Positions 43,791-52,711 of a stretch of DNA of 64,000 nt are shown one piece after another. The notes below the pieces were generated by a model. It searched no databases. It was not told the origin of the DNA and saw only the letters and a program-made list of their open reading frames with translations. Each line of letters starts with the position of its first letter. Position 1 is the stretch's first letter. The stretch comes from Candidatus Eiseniibacteriota bacterium. Its GTDB lineage: Bacteria; Eisenbacteria; RBG-16-71-46; SZUA-252. The DNA lies in NCBI GenBank assembly GCA_963703225.1, contig OY969801.1:2144001-2208000 (forward strand), in the 5' to 3' direction. A program made the translations under genes and the position numbers.

Positions 43791-44432
43791 CTAGGCCTGC
43801 TTCAGCGCGCGAGCGCCGACGAAGGGATTCGCGGCCATCTCGTGCCCGATCGTGGTGACGGGCCCGTGCCCCGGATAGACCGTTGTCTCCGCCGGATAGA
43901 CAAAGAAACGCTTTTGGATGCTGCGGCGAAGGAGATCCCAGTCGCCGCCCGGCAGATCGGTGCGGCCGACCGAGTCCCGGAAGAGCACGTCGCCTCCGAT
44001 CAGCCCCTCCGCGGTCGCGAAGGTGACGCTCCCGGGGGAGTGCCCCGGCGAGTGGATCGCGCGGACGTCGATCCCCGGGATCCCAACATCCTCTCCGTCC
44101 GCCATCCAGTGGGCGATCGGAACGGTTCCAGGCCAGGTCATTCCAATCGCCGCCGCCTGATCGGCGCCGCGGTCGTAGAGGGGGCGATCTTCGGGGTGGA
44201 GCCAGACCGGAGCCTGGGTTGCCTCATGAAAGGCGCGCACCATGAGGATGTGATCGATGTGGGCGTGCGTGAGGAGGATGCGCTTCACGACGAGCCCACG
44301 GGACCGGATCACCTCGAGCACCTCCTCGCTTTCGAGGGAGGGATCGACGACGATGGCGTCGCGCGATCCGGCCGTGGTGAGGAGGTAGAGGTTGTTGTCG
44401 AGAGGGCCGACCTGGAAGCGCTCGACCCGCAC
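43791..44432 (-). CDS. MBL-fold metallo-hydrolase (glyoxalase II / YcbL-like)
   Basis: THAHIDH, PGHSPG, GDVLF..SVGRTDLPGG, YPGHG. Confidence 0.9.
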   Translation of the reverse strand: MRVERFQVGPLDNNLYLLTTAGSRDAIVVDPSLESEEVLEVIRSRGLVVKRILLTHAHIDHILMVRAFHEATQAPVWLHPEDRPLYDRGADQAAAIGMTWPGTVPIAHWMADGEDVGIPGIDVRAIHSPGHSPGSVTFATAEGLIGGDVLFRDSVGRTDLPGGDWDLLRRSIQKRFFVYPAETTVYPGHGPVTTIGHEMAANPFVGARALKQA

Positions 44433-44435
44433 GGC

Positions 44436-45473
44436 TCAGGCCTTGGAGGCGGTCACCGCCGTGATCCCGAACATCGGCAGGCCGACCATGTCGACGCTGG
44501 TGAATCCGGAATCTTGGAGCAGCCGGTAGAGCTCCGTCCGCGTCAGCGCTCCCGCCAAAGTTGGGCCGTAACCGGCCAGAACGTTGAGCCGGAAGAGCGC
44601 GGCCTCCCGGGGCTCCGCCCTCGAATCCTCGAGCAGGAATTCGGTCACGAGCACGGTACCGCCCGAGCGGAGCGCCTTCGCGACGTTTTGGAGGACGCCG
44701 GGGATCGAGGCTCGGCTCCGACGGGAGAGATTGTGGGTCAGAAGGACGAGGTCGAACGGGTCCTGCGAGCTTCCCTCGTCCGGATCGCCCGCGACGAACC
44801 GAACCCGGTCGTCGAGCTTCATGGACCGGATGTACTCCTCCGCCACGGGCTTGAACGGCGCTCGGTCCAGGATCGTGGCCTGGAAGTGGGGATAGCGTCG
44901 GGCCAAGCAGAGGGCCCCCGCCCCGGTATGGCTCCCCAGATCGAGGATCTTGTTGTAGGCGCTGAATTCGATGTCGAGGATCTCGGCGACCCGCGTCATC
45001 GATGCGTAGACGCCGTTGTGGAAGGCGCGGGCGAACGCGACCTCGGTCTCGCTCATCTTCTCGGACGGGATCGGCGCCCGTCCGCTCTTCACGGTGTCGC
45101 GAAGCGACTGCCAAATGCCGAAGAGCGGGTCCCGCATGAAGCGGAACAGGTCGACGTACGAGCCCGGCGATCCCTCGACCAGGTATGCGTTCGACACCTC
45201 GTCGTTCTTGTAGCGCTCGCCGGTTCGATGGAGGAAGCCGAGGGCGCAATTGGCGTCCATGAGCGCCTCCACGGCGGAGGGCTCGGCCCCCATATCGGCC
45301 GCCACCTCCGCGGCCGTCTTGGGACCGCCAAAAAGAATCGTGAACAGGCGGAGGTCGACAGCCGTCAAAAGCGCCTGACTCGCCCAGAACCCCGTGGCAA
45401 CCTGCAAGATTGGGACCGGGCTTAACCTCCCGGAGACCGATAGCGGCTTTGCGGCGTGACCCATTTGGTTCAT
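44436..45473 (-). CDS. SAM-dependent methyltransferase with an N-terminal dimerisation domain (Methyltransf_2 type)
   Basis: GFW.SQAL.TAV.L.LF, ILDLGSHTG, FVAGD, L..GG.VLV.E. Confidence 0.85.
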   Translation of the reverse strand: MNQMGHAAKPLSVSGRLSPVPILQVATGFWASQALLTAVDLRLFTILFGGPKTAAEVAADMGAEPSAVEALMDANCALGFLHRTGERYKNDEVSNAYLVEGSPGSYVDLFRFMRDPLFGIWQSLRDTVKSGRAPIPSEKMSETEVAFARAFHNGVYASMTRVAEILDIEFSAYNKILDLGSHTGAGALCLARRYPHFQATILDRAPFKPVAEEYIRSMKLDDRVRFVAGDPDEGSSQDPFDLVLLTHNLSRRSRASIPGVLQNVAKALRSGGTVLVTEFLLEDSRAEPREAALFRLNVLAGYGPTLAGALTRTELYRLLQDSGFTSVDMVGLPMFGITAVTASKA

Positions 45474-45561
45474 CGTAGGCTCCTCACGCCCCCCAGTTTA
45501 TGCCACTCGGCCCCCCGCTTCAAGGGACCCGACGATTTGGATGCGTCGATTTTCCCGAGGT

Positions 45562-46683
45562 TCACAGAAGGTCCCACTCCGCCTCGCCCTCCTTGGCGCG
45601 GGCCCCCTCGAAGGCGGCGTCCATTTCCGCCACGGCGCGGAGGATGATTTCACCCTTCTCGCGGAGGGGAAGGAACGCCGACTTGAATCCGTTCAGGAGC
45701 ACGTTTCGAACGTCCCGCGGCCCGAGCCGAAGCGCGGTCACCGCCCGATCCAGCTCGCGCGTCACGGTCGTCGACGAGACCAACCGGTTGTCGGTGTTGA
45801 GCGTCACGCGAAGGCCCGCCGCCAGGTACTCGCGAAAGGGATGGGCCCGCAGCGTGGGGACGGCGCCTGTCTGCACGTTCGACGTGAGGCACATCTCGAG
45901 CGGGATCCGGTGATCGTTCACGTAGGCGAAAATGGCGGGATCCTCGCGAAGCCTCGTGCCGTGCCCGATCCTGTGCGCGCCGCAGTAGTGAAGCGCCTGG
46001 GCGATGCTCTCCGGGCCGAAGGCCTCCCCCGCGTGGACCGTCACGTTCACGTTGTTCTGGACGACGTGGTCGAACGCCTTGCGGTGCGCCTTCGCGGGAT
46101 AGTCCTTCTCCGCGCCCGCGAGATCGAATCCAACGACCCCGCGGCCGTAGTGCGTGACCGCCACCTCCGCCAGTCGGAGCGAGAGCCGTGGGCTCAAGTG
46201 CCGGATGCCGCAGACGATCGTGCCGGTCCGGATTCCATAGCGGTTTCGCGCCCGGGCGAGCCCGGCGGAGACCGCCTCGACGGTCTCGTCCATGGTGAGG
46301 CCGCGGCGGGTGTGGAGCGCGGGGCAGTAGCGCACCTCCATGTACCGGACCTGCTCGTGATGGGCGTCCTCGGCCAGCTCGAAGGCGGCGCGTTCCAAAG
46401 CCTCGCGTTCTTGCAGCACGCGGAGCGTGAGATCGAACGCCTTCAGATACCGGGTCAGGCTGACGCCTGAAGTGAGGCCCGAGAGGAAGCGCCTCAGGTC
46501 CTGGATCGAGCGGACCGGGAGCCGGACGCCTTGATCTCGAGCCAGGTCCAAGATTGTCGCCGGGCGGATCGACCCGTCCAGGTGGACGTGAAGATCGGTC
46601 TTGGGGAGCGCGTGGAGAATGAGCCGGCGGCGCCGGGGATCACCCCACGGCGACGTCCGCCGTCGCGGCGGCAAGTGGCGCAC
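45562..46683 (-). CDS. add: Adenosine deaminase
   Basis: LPKTDLHVHLDGS, GFDLAG.E, TVHAGE, RIGHG, EMCLTSN, NTDN; start uncertain (46643-46683). Confidence 0.9.
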   Translation of the reverse strand: MRHLPPRRRTSPWGDPRRRRLILHALPKTDLHVHLDGSIRPATILDLARDQGVRLPVRSIQDLRRFLSGLTSGVSLTRYLKAFDLTLRVLQEREALERAAFELAEDAHHEQVRYMEVRYCPALHTRRGLTMDETVEAVSAGLARARNRYGIRTGTIVCGIRHLSPRLSLRLAEVAVTHYGRGVVGFDLAGAEKDYPAKAHRKAFDHVVQNNVNVTVHAGEAFGPESIAQALHYCGAHRIGHGTRLREDPAIFAYVNDHRIPLEMCLTSNVQTGAVPTLRAHPFREYLAAGLRVTLNTDNRLVSSTTVTRELDRAVTALRLGPRDVRNVLLNGFKSAFLPLREKGEIILRAVAEMDAAFEGARAKEGEAEWDLL

Positions 46684-48268
46684 CCTGGTCTCCCACGACC
46701 GTGTAGTTGAGCCCGCTGAACGCGGGATGTGCGAGCGCGAGCTGGTTGAAAATCTGCTCCGGGCCAGGCTCGTTCCGCGTCCACGCGCCGAGCGCGCGCC
46801 CCAGATCTTGGAGGATCCGCCAGTCCTCACGCGTGTCGCCGCGATGCGTGAAAACCTTCCGGGCGCGCTGAACCCGACCCTTCGAATTCGTGTAGGTCCC
46901 GTCCCGCTCCGCGAAGCTGACCCCCGGCAAAACCCAGTGCGCCCGCTCCGAGACCGGCGACGGCAGCAGGTCGACGGCCACGAGCAGCTCCACCTGCGCC
47001 AGCGCGCGGGCCACCACGTCCGGATCGCCGAACCGATCGAGAGGGCCGCCGCGGAGGAAGACGAGGGCGTGGATCCGGCCCTCGGCCGCCGCGCGCATCA
47101 TGTCGGGAAGCCCCAGTCCCTGGGGCCCCGGCGCGACGCCGATCGCGCGCGCGCCGCGGGCGTTGGGATTCTGATCCCCCTCGATGGTGAATTGCTTGTA
47201 GACCACGGGGGGCTGGGGACGCGCCGGAACGTCGAGGTTCGCGATGCCGAGCCCGTCCTTGAAGATCACTCGGGTGAGGTAGCACTCCTCGTTCGTCAGC
47301 TCTCCCGAGGCCACGACGCCCACCGAAGCGGGCCCGTGCCTCGAGACGATTCCCTTGAGCGCATCGGCGATTCCAGAGATCGCCGTGGCCCACGGCACCG
47401 GAGCCGCGGCGGTGCCGTTTCGGTGCGTCGGCGCGGTCAGGCGCTTGGGGTCGTGGAGGAAGTGGAAGCCCCCGCGTCCCCGGTCGCAGATCCACCACTG
47501 GTTCACGTCCATGTTCTCCCGCGCGGTGATGCGAAGGACCTCATTGCGGCGGGGGTGGTAGCCGACGTTCGTGGAGCACCCCTTGGAGCAGAGGGTGCAG
47601 ATCGACGGCACGGGCGTCAGCTCCCAGGGGCGGGCGCGGAAGCGGAAATCCTTGCTCGTCAAGGCTCCCACGGGGCAGATGTCGGCGATGTTGCCGGCCA
47701 GCTCGTTCGTGATCTTCCGGCCCGCGACGGTGCCGATGTAGGTCTCTTCGCCCCGGGCGAGCACCGCGATCTCGTCTTCCCCTGCGACTTCCTTGCAGAG
47801 GTTCACGCAGCGGAGGCAGAGGATGCAGCGGTTCTTGTTGAGGATGAGCTTCCCGCCGACGTCCTCCTCGGGCCAGGTCGTCTTCTCGAATTGGAACCGG
47901 GTGTGCGCGGGTCCCATCATGATCGTGTAATCCTGGAGCGTGCACTCGCCGCCCTTGTCGCACATCGGGCAATCGAGCGGGTGATGGATGAGCAGGAACT
48001 CCATCACCGCGCGGCGCGCCTCCCTGACCTTGGGGGTCCGCGTCACGATGGACATCCCCTCTTCGACCGGCGTGGCGCAGCCCGCGACCAGCTTGGGCCG
48101 CCCTTCGATCTCGCAGAGGCAGATGCGGCAGACCCCGACCACCGGGAGCCCGGGGTGGTAGCAGAAGGAGGGGACGAGAACGCCCGCCTTCTTCCCCGCC
48201 TCGATGAGGTTGGTCCCCTTCTCGACGACGACTTCACGCCCGTCGAATTTGACCTTCACGGTGGCCAT
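46640..48268 (-). CDS. nuoG: NADH-quinone oxidoreductase subunit G (short form)
   Basis: CYH..L...G.CR.C (N1b), HPLDCPMCDKGGEC (N5), CILCLRC...CPVGAL (N4), CTLCSKGC...WICDRGR (N7). Confidence 0.9.
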   Translation of the reverse strand: MATVKVKFDGREVVVEKGTNLIEAGKKAGVLVPSFCYHPGLPVVGVCRICLCEIEGRPKLVAGCATPVEEGMSIVTRTPKVREARRAVMEFLLIHHPLDCPMCDKGGECTLQDYTIMMGPAHTRFQFEKTTWPEEDVGGKLILNKNRCILCLRCVNLCKEVAGEDEIAVLARGEETYIGTVAGRKITNELAGNIADICPVGALTSKDFRFRARPWELTPVPSICTLCSKGCSTNVGYHPRRNEVLRITARENMDVNQWWICDRGRGGFHFLHDPKRLTAPTHRNGTAAAPVPWATAISGIADALKGIVSRHGPASVGVVASGELTNEECYLTRVIFKDGLGIANLDVPARPQPPVVYKQFTIEGDQNPNARGARAIGVAPGPQGLGLPDMMRAAAEGRIHALVFLRGGPLDRFGDPDVVARALAQVELLVAVDLLPSPVSERAHWVLPGVSFAERDGTYTNSKGRVQRARKVFTHRGDTREDWRILQDLGRALGAWTRNEPGPEQIFNQLALAHPAFSGLNYTVVGDQGAPLAAATADVAVG

Positions 48269-48277
48269 GCCGTTCCC

Positions 48278-49561
48278 CTAGTGAAGCGAGCCGGCGCCGA
48301 TGGGGCAGCGCTTCTCGCGGATGTGCTGCAGGAATTCGTCCCGGAATTTCTTGGCAAAGCCGCGCGCCGGCCAGGCGGCCGCGTCTCCAAGGGCGCAGAT
48401 CGTGTTCCCCTCGATCTGGTCGGTCACCGAAAGCAGGAGGTCCAGGTCGCGCGTCTCGCCGTGGCCGGTCTCGATCTTCCAGAGCAGCCGCTGCAGCCAG
48501 CCGCAGCCCTCGCGGCACGGCGTGCACTGACCGCACGACTCGTGGGCGAAGAAGCGGGCCGTGATCCAGGCCGCTCGGACCATGCAGGTGGTGTCGTCCA
48601 TCACGATGGGCGTCCCGGTGCCGAAGAGCGAGCCGGCCCGGGTGAGCGAGTCAAAGTCCATGGGAATGTCGATCTCGTCGCCGCGCAGGACCGGGCAGGA
48701 GGCCCCGCCGGGGATGACGCCCTTCACCGGCCGGCCGCCGGGAACGCCGCCGCCGAATTCATCGATGAGCGTGCGGAGCGGAATTCCCATGGGCGCTTCG
48801 TAGACACCCGGGCGATTCACGTGCCCGCTCAGCCCGTAGAGCTTGGGGCCGCTGTTTCGCTCGGGCCCGATCCCCGCGAACCACTCCCAGCCGCGCTTCA
48901 CGATGTGCGGCACGCAGGCGAGTGTCTCCACGTTGTTGACGACGGTCGGGCAGCCAAAGAGCCCAACCACCGCCGGGAAGGGCGGCTTGAGTCGCGGCTC
49001 CCCCCGCTTCCCTTCGATCGATTCGATGAGGCCCGTCTCCTCGCCGCAGATGTAGGCGCCGGCGCCCAGGTAGATCGTGACCTCGCAGTCATAACCCGAA
49101 TTCAGGATGTTCTTCCCGACGAGGCCGGCCTTGCGGCACTCGTCGATCGCGTCCTGCATGACGCGCGCCTCATGGGCGAACTCGCCGCGGATGTAGATGT
49201 AGGCCCGCCGCGCGCCGATGGCGTAGGAGCCGATCAAGGTTCCCTCGATCACCTGGTGGGGATCCTTGGCGCAGAGAAGGCGATCCTTGAAGGCGCCCGG
49301 CTCGCTCTCGTCGGCGTTCACGCACATGTACTTGGGCTTGTCGGTCGACTTCGGGACGAATCCCCACTTGGTCCCCGTGGGAAAACCGGCGCCACCGCGA
49401 CCCCGCAACCCCGACCGCTTCACGAGGTCGATCACCTCGTCCGGTTGCTTCTTCAACGCGATGGCGAGGCCCTCGTATCCCCCGTGCTTCTTGTAGACCG
49501 CGAGGGTGTGGGAGTCGGGGAGGTCCACCGTGGCCATCAGGACGCGTCCGTTCGCGCTCAC
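48278..49561 (-). CDS. nuoF: NADH-quinone oxidoreductase subunit F
   Basis: GLRGRGGAGFPTG, NADESEPG, GAGAYICGEE, ESCGQCTPCREG...TICALG. Confidence 0.96.
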   Translation of the reverse strand: MSANGRVLMATVDLPDSHTLAVYKKHGGYEGLAIALKKQPDEVIDLVKRSGLRGRGGAGFPTGTKWGFVPKSTDKPKYMCVNADESEPGAFKDRLLCAKDPHQVIEGTLIGSYAIGARRAYIYIRGEFAHEARVMQDAIDECRKAGLVGKNILNSGYDCEVTIYLGAGAYICGEETGLIESIEGKRGEPRLKPPFPAVVGLFGCPTVVNNVETLACVPHIVKRGWEWFAGIGPERNSGPKLYGLSGHVNRPGVYEAPMGIPLRTLIDEFGGGVPGGRPVKGVIPGGASCPVLRGDEIDIPMDFDSLTRAGSLFGTGTPIVMDDTTCMVRAAWITARFFAHESCGQCTPCREGCGWLQRLLWKIETGHGETRDLDLLLSVTDQIEGNTICALGDAAAWPARGFAKKFRDEFLQHIREKRCPIGAGSLH

Positions 49562-50748
49562 TATCGATCCACCTCGCCGAGGACGATGTCGATGCTCCCG
49601 ATGCAGGCCACGACGTCCGATACCATCCGGCCGATGCACATGTTCTCGAGGGCCTGCAAATTGATGAACGAGGGCGGTCGCACGCGAACCCGGTACGGGA
49701 GCGGGCTCCCGTCGCTCGCGACGTAGAAGCCAAGCTCCCCTTTGGGGGACTCGATCGCGAAATAGGCGTCCCCCACGGGTGGGCGAAAGCCCTCGGACAT
49801 GATCTTGAAGTGGAAGATCAGCTCCTCCATTCCCGCCTTCACGTTCTCGCGGTCGGCGGGGAAGAGGTAGGGGTTGTCCGCGCGAACCGGCCCGGGCTTG
49901 AGCCGGTCGAGTCCTTGGCGCACGATCCGAAGGGACTGCTTCATCTCCTCGATGCGGCAGAGGTAGCGATCGTAGACGTCCCCGTTTCTCCCGAGCGGGA
50001 CCTCGAAGTCGTAGATTGGGTAGCCGCAGTAGGGCTGGGCCTTCCGAAGGTCGTGGTCGATCCCGCTTCCTCGAAGCGTCGGCCCGGTCACGCTGAGGGC
50101 GAGCGCCTGCTCCCCCGAGATCGTCCCCACCCCGATCGTCCGCTTCATCCAGATACGGTTCTTGGTGAGCAGGTTTTGGTACTCGGCCAGCGCCCCCGGG
50201 AATTCCTCGCAGAATTTCCTCACGTGGGGAACGAAGGCATCCGGCACGTCCTGGAAGAACCCGCCCACACGGAAGTAGCTGGGCGTGAGGCGCGATCCCG
50301 CCACCATGTCGTTCACGTCGAGGAGCTTCTCGCGCTCGCGGAAGCAGTAGAGAAAGACGCTCATCGCTCCCAGATCGATCGCGTGGGTGCCGAGCCAGAC
50401 GAGATGCGACGAGATCCGGGTCAACTCGAGGAGGATCACCCGGAGCACCTGCGCCCGCTCGGGGATCGTGAGGCCCATCAGCTGCTCCACCGCGCCGACG
50501 TAGGCCATGTTGTTTCCGAGCGGAGAGAGATAGTCCATCCGGTCCGTGACCGTGATCGACTTGGTGTAGGTCTTCGACTCCATGATCTTCTCCATGCCCG
50601 TGTGGAGATAGCCAACCACGGGCTTGAGGGAGACCACGGTCTCGCCGTCGAGCTCGATCACGAGCCTTAGCACCCCATGGGTGGAGGGGTGCTGCGGCCC
50701 CATGTTGATGGTGATGGTCTTGAATTCGGGGGCGATCGTGGTGGACAT
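49561..50748 (-). CDS. nuoD: NADH-quinone oxidoreductase subunit D (not fused to C)
   Basis: NMGPQHPSTHGVLR, GYLHTG.EK, DR.DY, ESPKGELG, GSIDIVLGEVDR. Confidence 0.96.
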   Translation of the reverse strand: MSTTIAPEFKTITINMGPQHPSTHGVLRLVIELDGETVVSLKPVVGYLHTGMEKIMESKTYTKSITVTDRMDYLSPLGNNMAYVGAVEQLMGLTIPERAQVLRVILLELTRISSHLVWLGTHAIDLGAMSVFLYCFREREKLLDVNDMVAGSRLTPSYFRVGGFFQDVPDAFVPHVRKFCEEFPGALAEYQNLLTKNRIWMKRTIGVGTISGEQALALSVTGPTLRGSGIDHDLRKAQPYCGYPIYDFEVPLGRNGDVYDRYLCRIEEMKQSLRIVRQGLDRLKPGPVRADNPYLFPADRENVKAGMEELIFHFKIMSEGFRPPVGDAYFAIESPKGELGFYVASDGSPLPYRVRVRPPSFINLQALENMCIGRMVSDVVACIGSIDIVLGEVDR

Positions 50749-50762
50749 CGCTAAGCGGCGCG

Positions 50763-51263
50763 CTAGGCGCCGACGCCGGGCGCGGGCGCTTGGCCGTGGA
50801 CCCGGTCTTTGTCGATCTTTTCCTGGAGCTTCATGATCCCGTAGATGAGGGCTTCCGGCCGCGGCGGGCAGCCGGGGACGTAGACGTCCACGGGAACCAC
50901 GGTGTCGACCCCCTGGACGATCGCGTAGTCGTTGAAGACGCCGCCGCAGGAGGCGCACGCCCCCATCGAGATGACCCACTTGGGCTCGGGCATCTGGTCG
51001 TAGATTCTCTTCAAGACCGGCGCCATCTTCTTGCTGACGCGCCCCGCGACGATCATCAGATCGGCCTGGCGCGGAGAAGCCCGGAAGACCTCCGCGCCGA
51101 ATCGGGCGAGGTCGTAGCGGGAGGCGCTGGTCGCCATCATCTCGATCGCACAGCAGGCCAGGCCGAAGGTCGCGGGCCAGAGCGAGGAGCGGCGGGCCCA
51201 GTTGATCATCTTATCGACCGTCGTCGTCAGGATGCCGTCCGGTACGAGCTCTTCGATTCCCAT
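50763..51263 (-). CDS. nuoB: NADH-quinone oxidoreductase subunit B
   Basis: [32 protein letters not shown]. Confidence 0.96.
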   Translation of the reverse strand: MGIEELVPDGILTTTVDKMINWARRSSLWPATFGLACCAIEMMATSASRYDLARFGAEVFRASPRQADLMIVAGRVSKKMAPVLKRIYDQMPEPKWVISMGACASCGGVFNDYAIVQGVDTVVPVDVYVPGCPPRPEALIYGIMKLQEKIDKDRVHGQAPAPGVGA

Positions 51264-51340
51264 ATGCGATCACCTGTCAGCCGTCGAGCCGGAACCGGAA
51301 CGTGCGCACCCGGTGGGGAGATTGCACAACTACCACTTCG

Positions 51341-51375
51341 AGCCTATCAGCGCGAGAGTGTGAAATCAATCACAA
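51341..51375 (-). promoter_or_regulatory. sigma70 promoter of nuoB with an overlapping Rex/CRP-type operator
   Basis: TTGATT-N17-TAGGCT with an extended TG; the operator TTGTGATTGATTTCACAC (51358-51375; core TGTGA-N6-TCACA) covers the -35. Confidence 0.65.
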
Positions 51376-52134
51376 CCCCAGTGCCTGGAGCGCGGCCTCC
51401 GTCACGTAGAAGAGCAAGACCCCGCCGAAGACGCCGAGCGCCATCCGGAACCCCTTGGCCGTCTCGTTGACCGCCGGGATCAAATCGGATGCCGCCACGT
51501 AGAGCGCCGCGCCCGCCGAGAGCGGGAGCGCGAAGTGCACCAGCCCCGACCAGAGCGAAATGGTCAGGACGCCGACGACGGTCGCCACGCCCAGCCAGGC
51601 CGCGCTCATCACCGCCTCCTGGCGGGTGCGGCCGGCGGCCACCATGATCGAGCCCACGGTGAAGCCCTCGGGAACCTTGTGGAGGAAGATCGCGATCGCG
51701 ATCAGGATCCCGAGCGCGGGCTGAACCAGGAATCCCGACCCGATCGAGACGCCGTCGAGGAGCGCGTGCAGGAGGAGCCCGACGAGCGCGGTGGTCCCCA
51801 CCACCGGCCTCACCCAATGCTCGCGGTGGGTCTCCTCGCCGAAATGGAAGTGACCGACGAGGACGTGCTCCGCGGCGTGGACCAGCAGGTAGCCGATGAG
51901 GACGAGCGTGCCGACGGCGAGGACCGGGGTTCCGGTCGCGGAGGCCAGCCGGTAGCTCTCGGGAACCATGCGAAGAAAAACAGCGGCGAGCATGAACCCC
52001 GCGCCCGCCGCGACGAAGTAGCTTTGCCGGACGCGGTCCCAACCGTGGCGCCCGATCGCGAGCCACCCGCCGACGACGTTGGCGAGCCCAGCGACCACCC
52101 CGCAGGCGGCGGCCAGCACCCACCCGTCAGACAA
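51370..52134 (-). CDS. ZIP-family divalent metal transporter (ZupT-like)
   Basis: AG.MLA, His-rich loop HFHFGEETH, LHALLDG, LHKVPEG, G..LYVA..DL.P. Confidence 0.9.
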   Translation of the reverse strand: MSDGWVLAAACGVVAGLANVVGGWLAIGRHGWDRVRQSYFVAAGAGFMLAAVFLRMVPESYRLASATGTPVLAVGTLVLIGYLLVHAAEHVLVGHFHFGEETHREHWVRPVVGTTALVGLLLHALLDGVSIGSGFLVQPALGILIAIAIFLHKVPEGFTVGSIMVAAGRTRQEAVMSAAWLGVATVVGVLTISLWSGLVHFALPLSAGAALYVAASDLIPAVNETAKGFRMALGVFGGVLLFYVTEAALQALGL

Positions 52135-52161
52135 TCGGGCTCCCCCTCGTGCTTCCCTCCG

Positions 52162-52617
52162 CTACCGACCGCGGACGATTCCGGGCGTGTTGGTGGTTCC
52201 TACCGGGACGAGGAGCTGCTCCTTGGAGTAGATGAACGCGTCACGCGAGTAGTCCGAGAGCTCGTAATTGTGCCCGAGGAAGATCGCGTCCTCGGGGCAG
52301 GCTTCCTCGCAGTAACCGCAGAAAATGCACCGGAGCATGTCGATCTCGTATCGCTTGGCGTACCGCTCCCCGGCGCTGAAGCGGAGGGCGGGCGTGTTCT
52401 CCGCCGCCTCCATGTAGATGGCGTCGGCGGGACATACCGCGGCGCAGAGCCCGCAGCAGACGCACCGCTCCAGCCCGTTCTCGTACCGGTGCAGCTCGTG
52501 GAGCCCGCGGAAGCGGGGATACATCTTCATCTTCTCGTCGGGGTACTTGAGCGTGACGGGCTTCTTGAAGAAGTGAGACAGCGTGATGGAGAGACCCTTC
52601 ATCAGCTCGGAGACCAT
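52162..52617 (-). CDS. nuoI: NADH-quinone oxidoreductase subunit I
   Basis: T.KYP.E, RFRG.H, CVCCGLCAAVCP, CIFCGYCEEACP. ATG 52617 after GAGG. Confidence 0.95.
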   Translation of the reverse strand: MVSELMKGLSITLSHFFKKPVTLKYPDEKMKMYPRFRGLHELHRYENGLERCVCCGLCAAVCPADAIYMEAAENTPALRFSAGERYAKRYEIDMLRCIFCGYCEEACPEDAIFLGHNYELSDYSRDAFIYSKEQLLVPVGTTNTPGIVRGR

Positions 52618-52659
52618 GGGGTTCCTCGACGTTCGATTCGACCGTGGGACAAGATGAGG

Positions 52660-52689
52660 ATTGTAGTGAGGACCAGGGACGCGCGTCAA
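52660..52689 (-). promoter_or_regulatory. sigma70 promoter of nuoI-ZIP
   Basis: TTGACG-N18-TACAAT. Confidence 0.65.
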
Positions 52690-52711
52690 GCCACGCCCGA
52701 GGCGACAGGCT

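Noticed and set aside
46601..49726. 1041-aa plus-strand ORF (also 247..1989, 26290..28074, 58982..61537 and similar)
   Set aside because: These are antisense shadows of well-conserved minus-strand genes. High GC3 removes stops on the opposite strand, and none has a recognisable motif.
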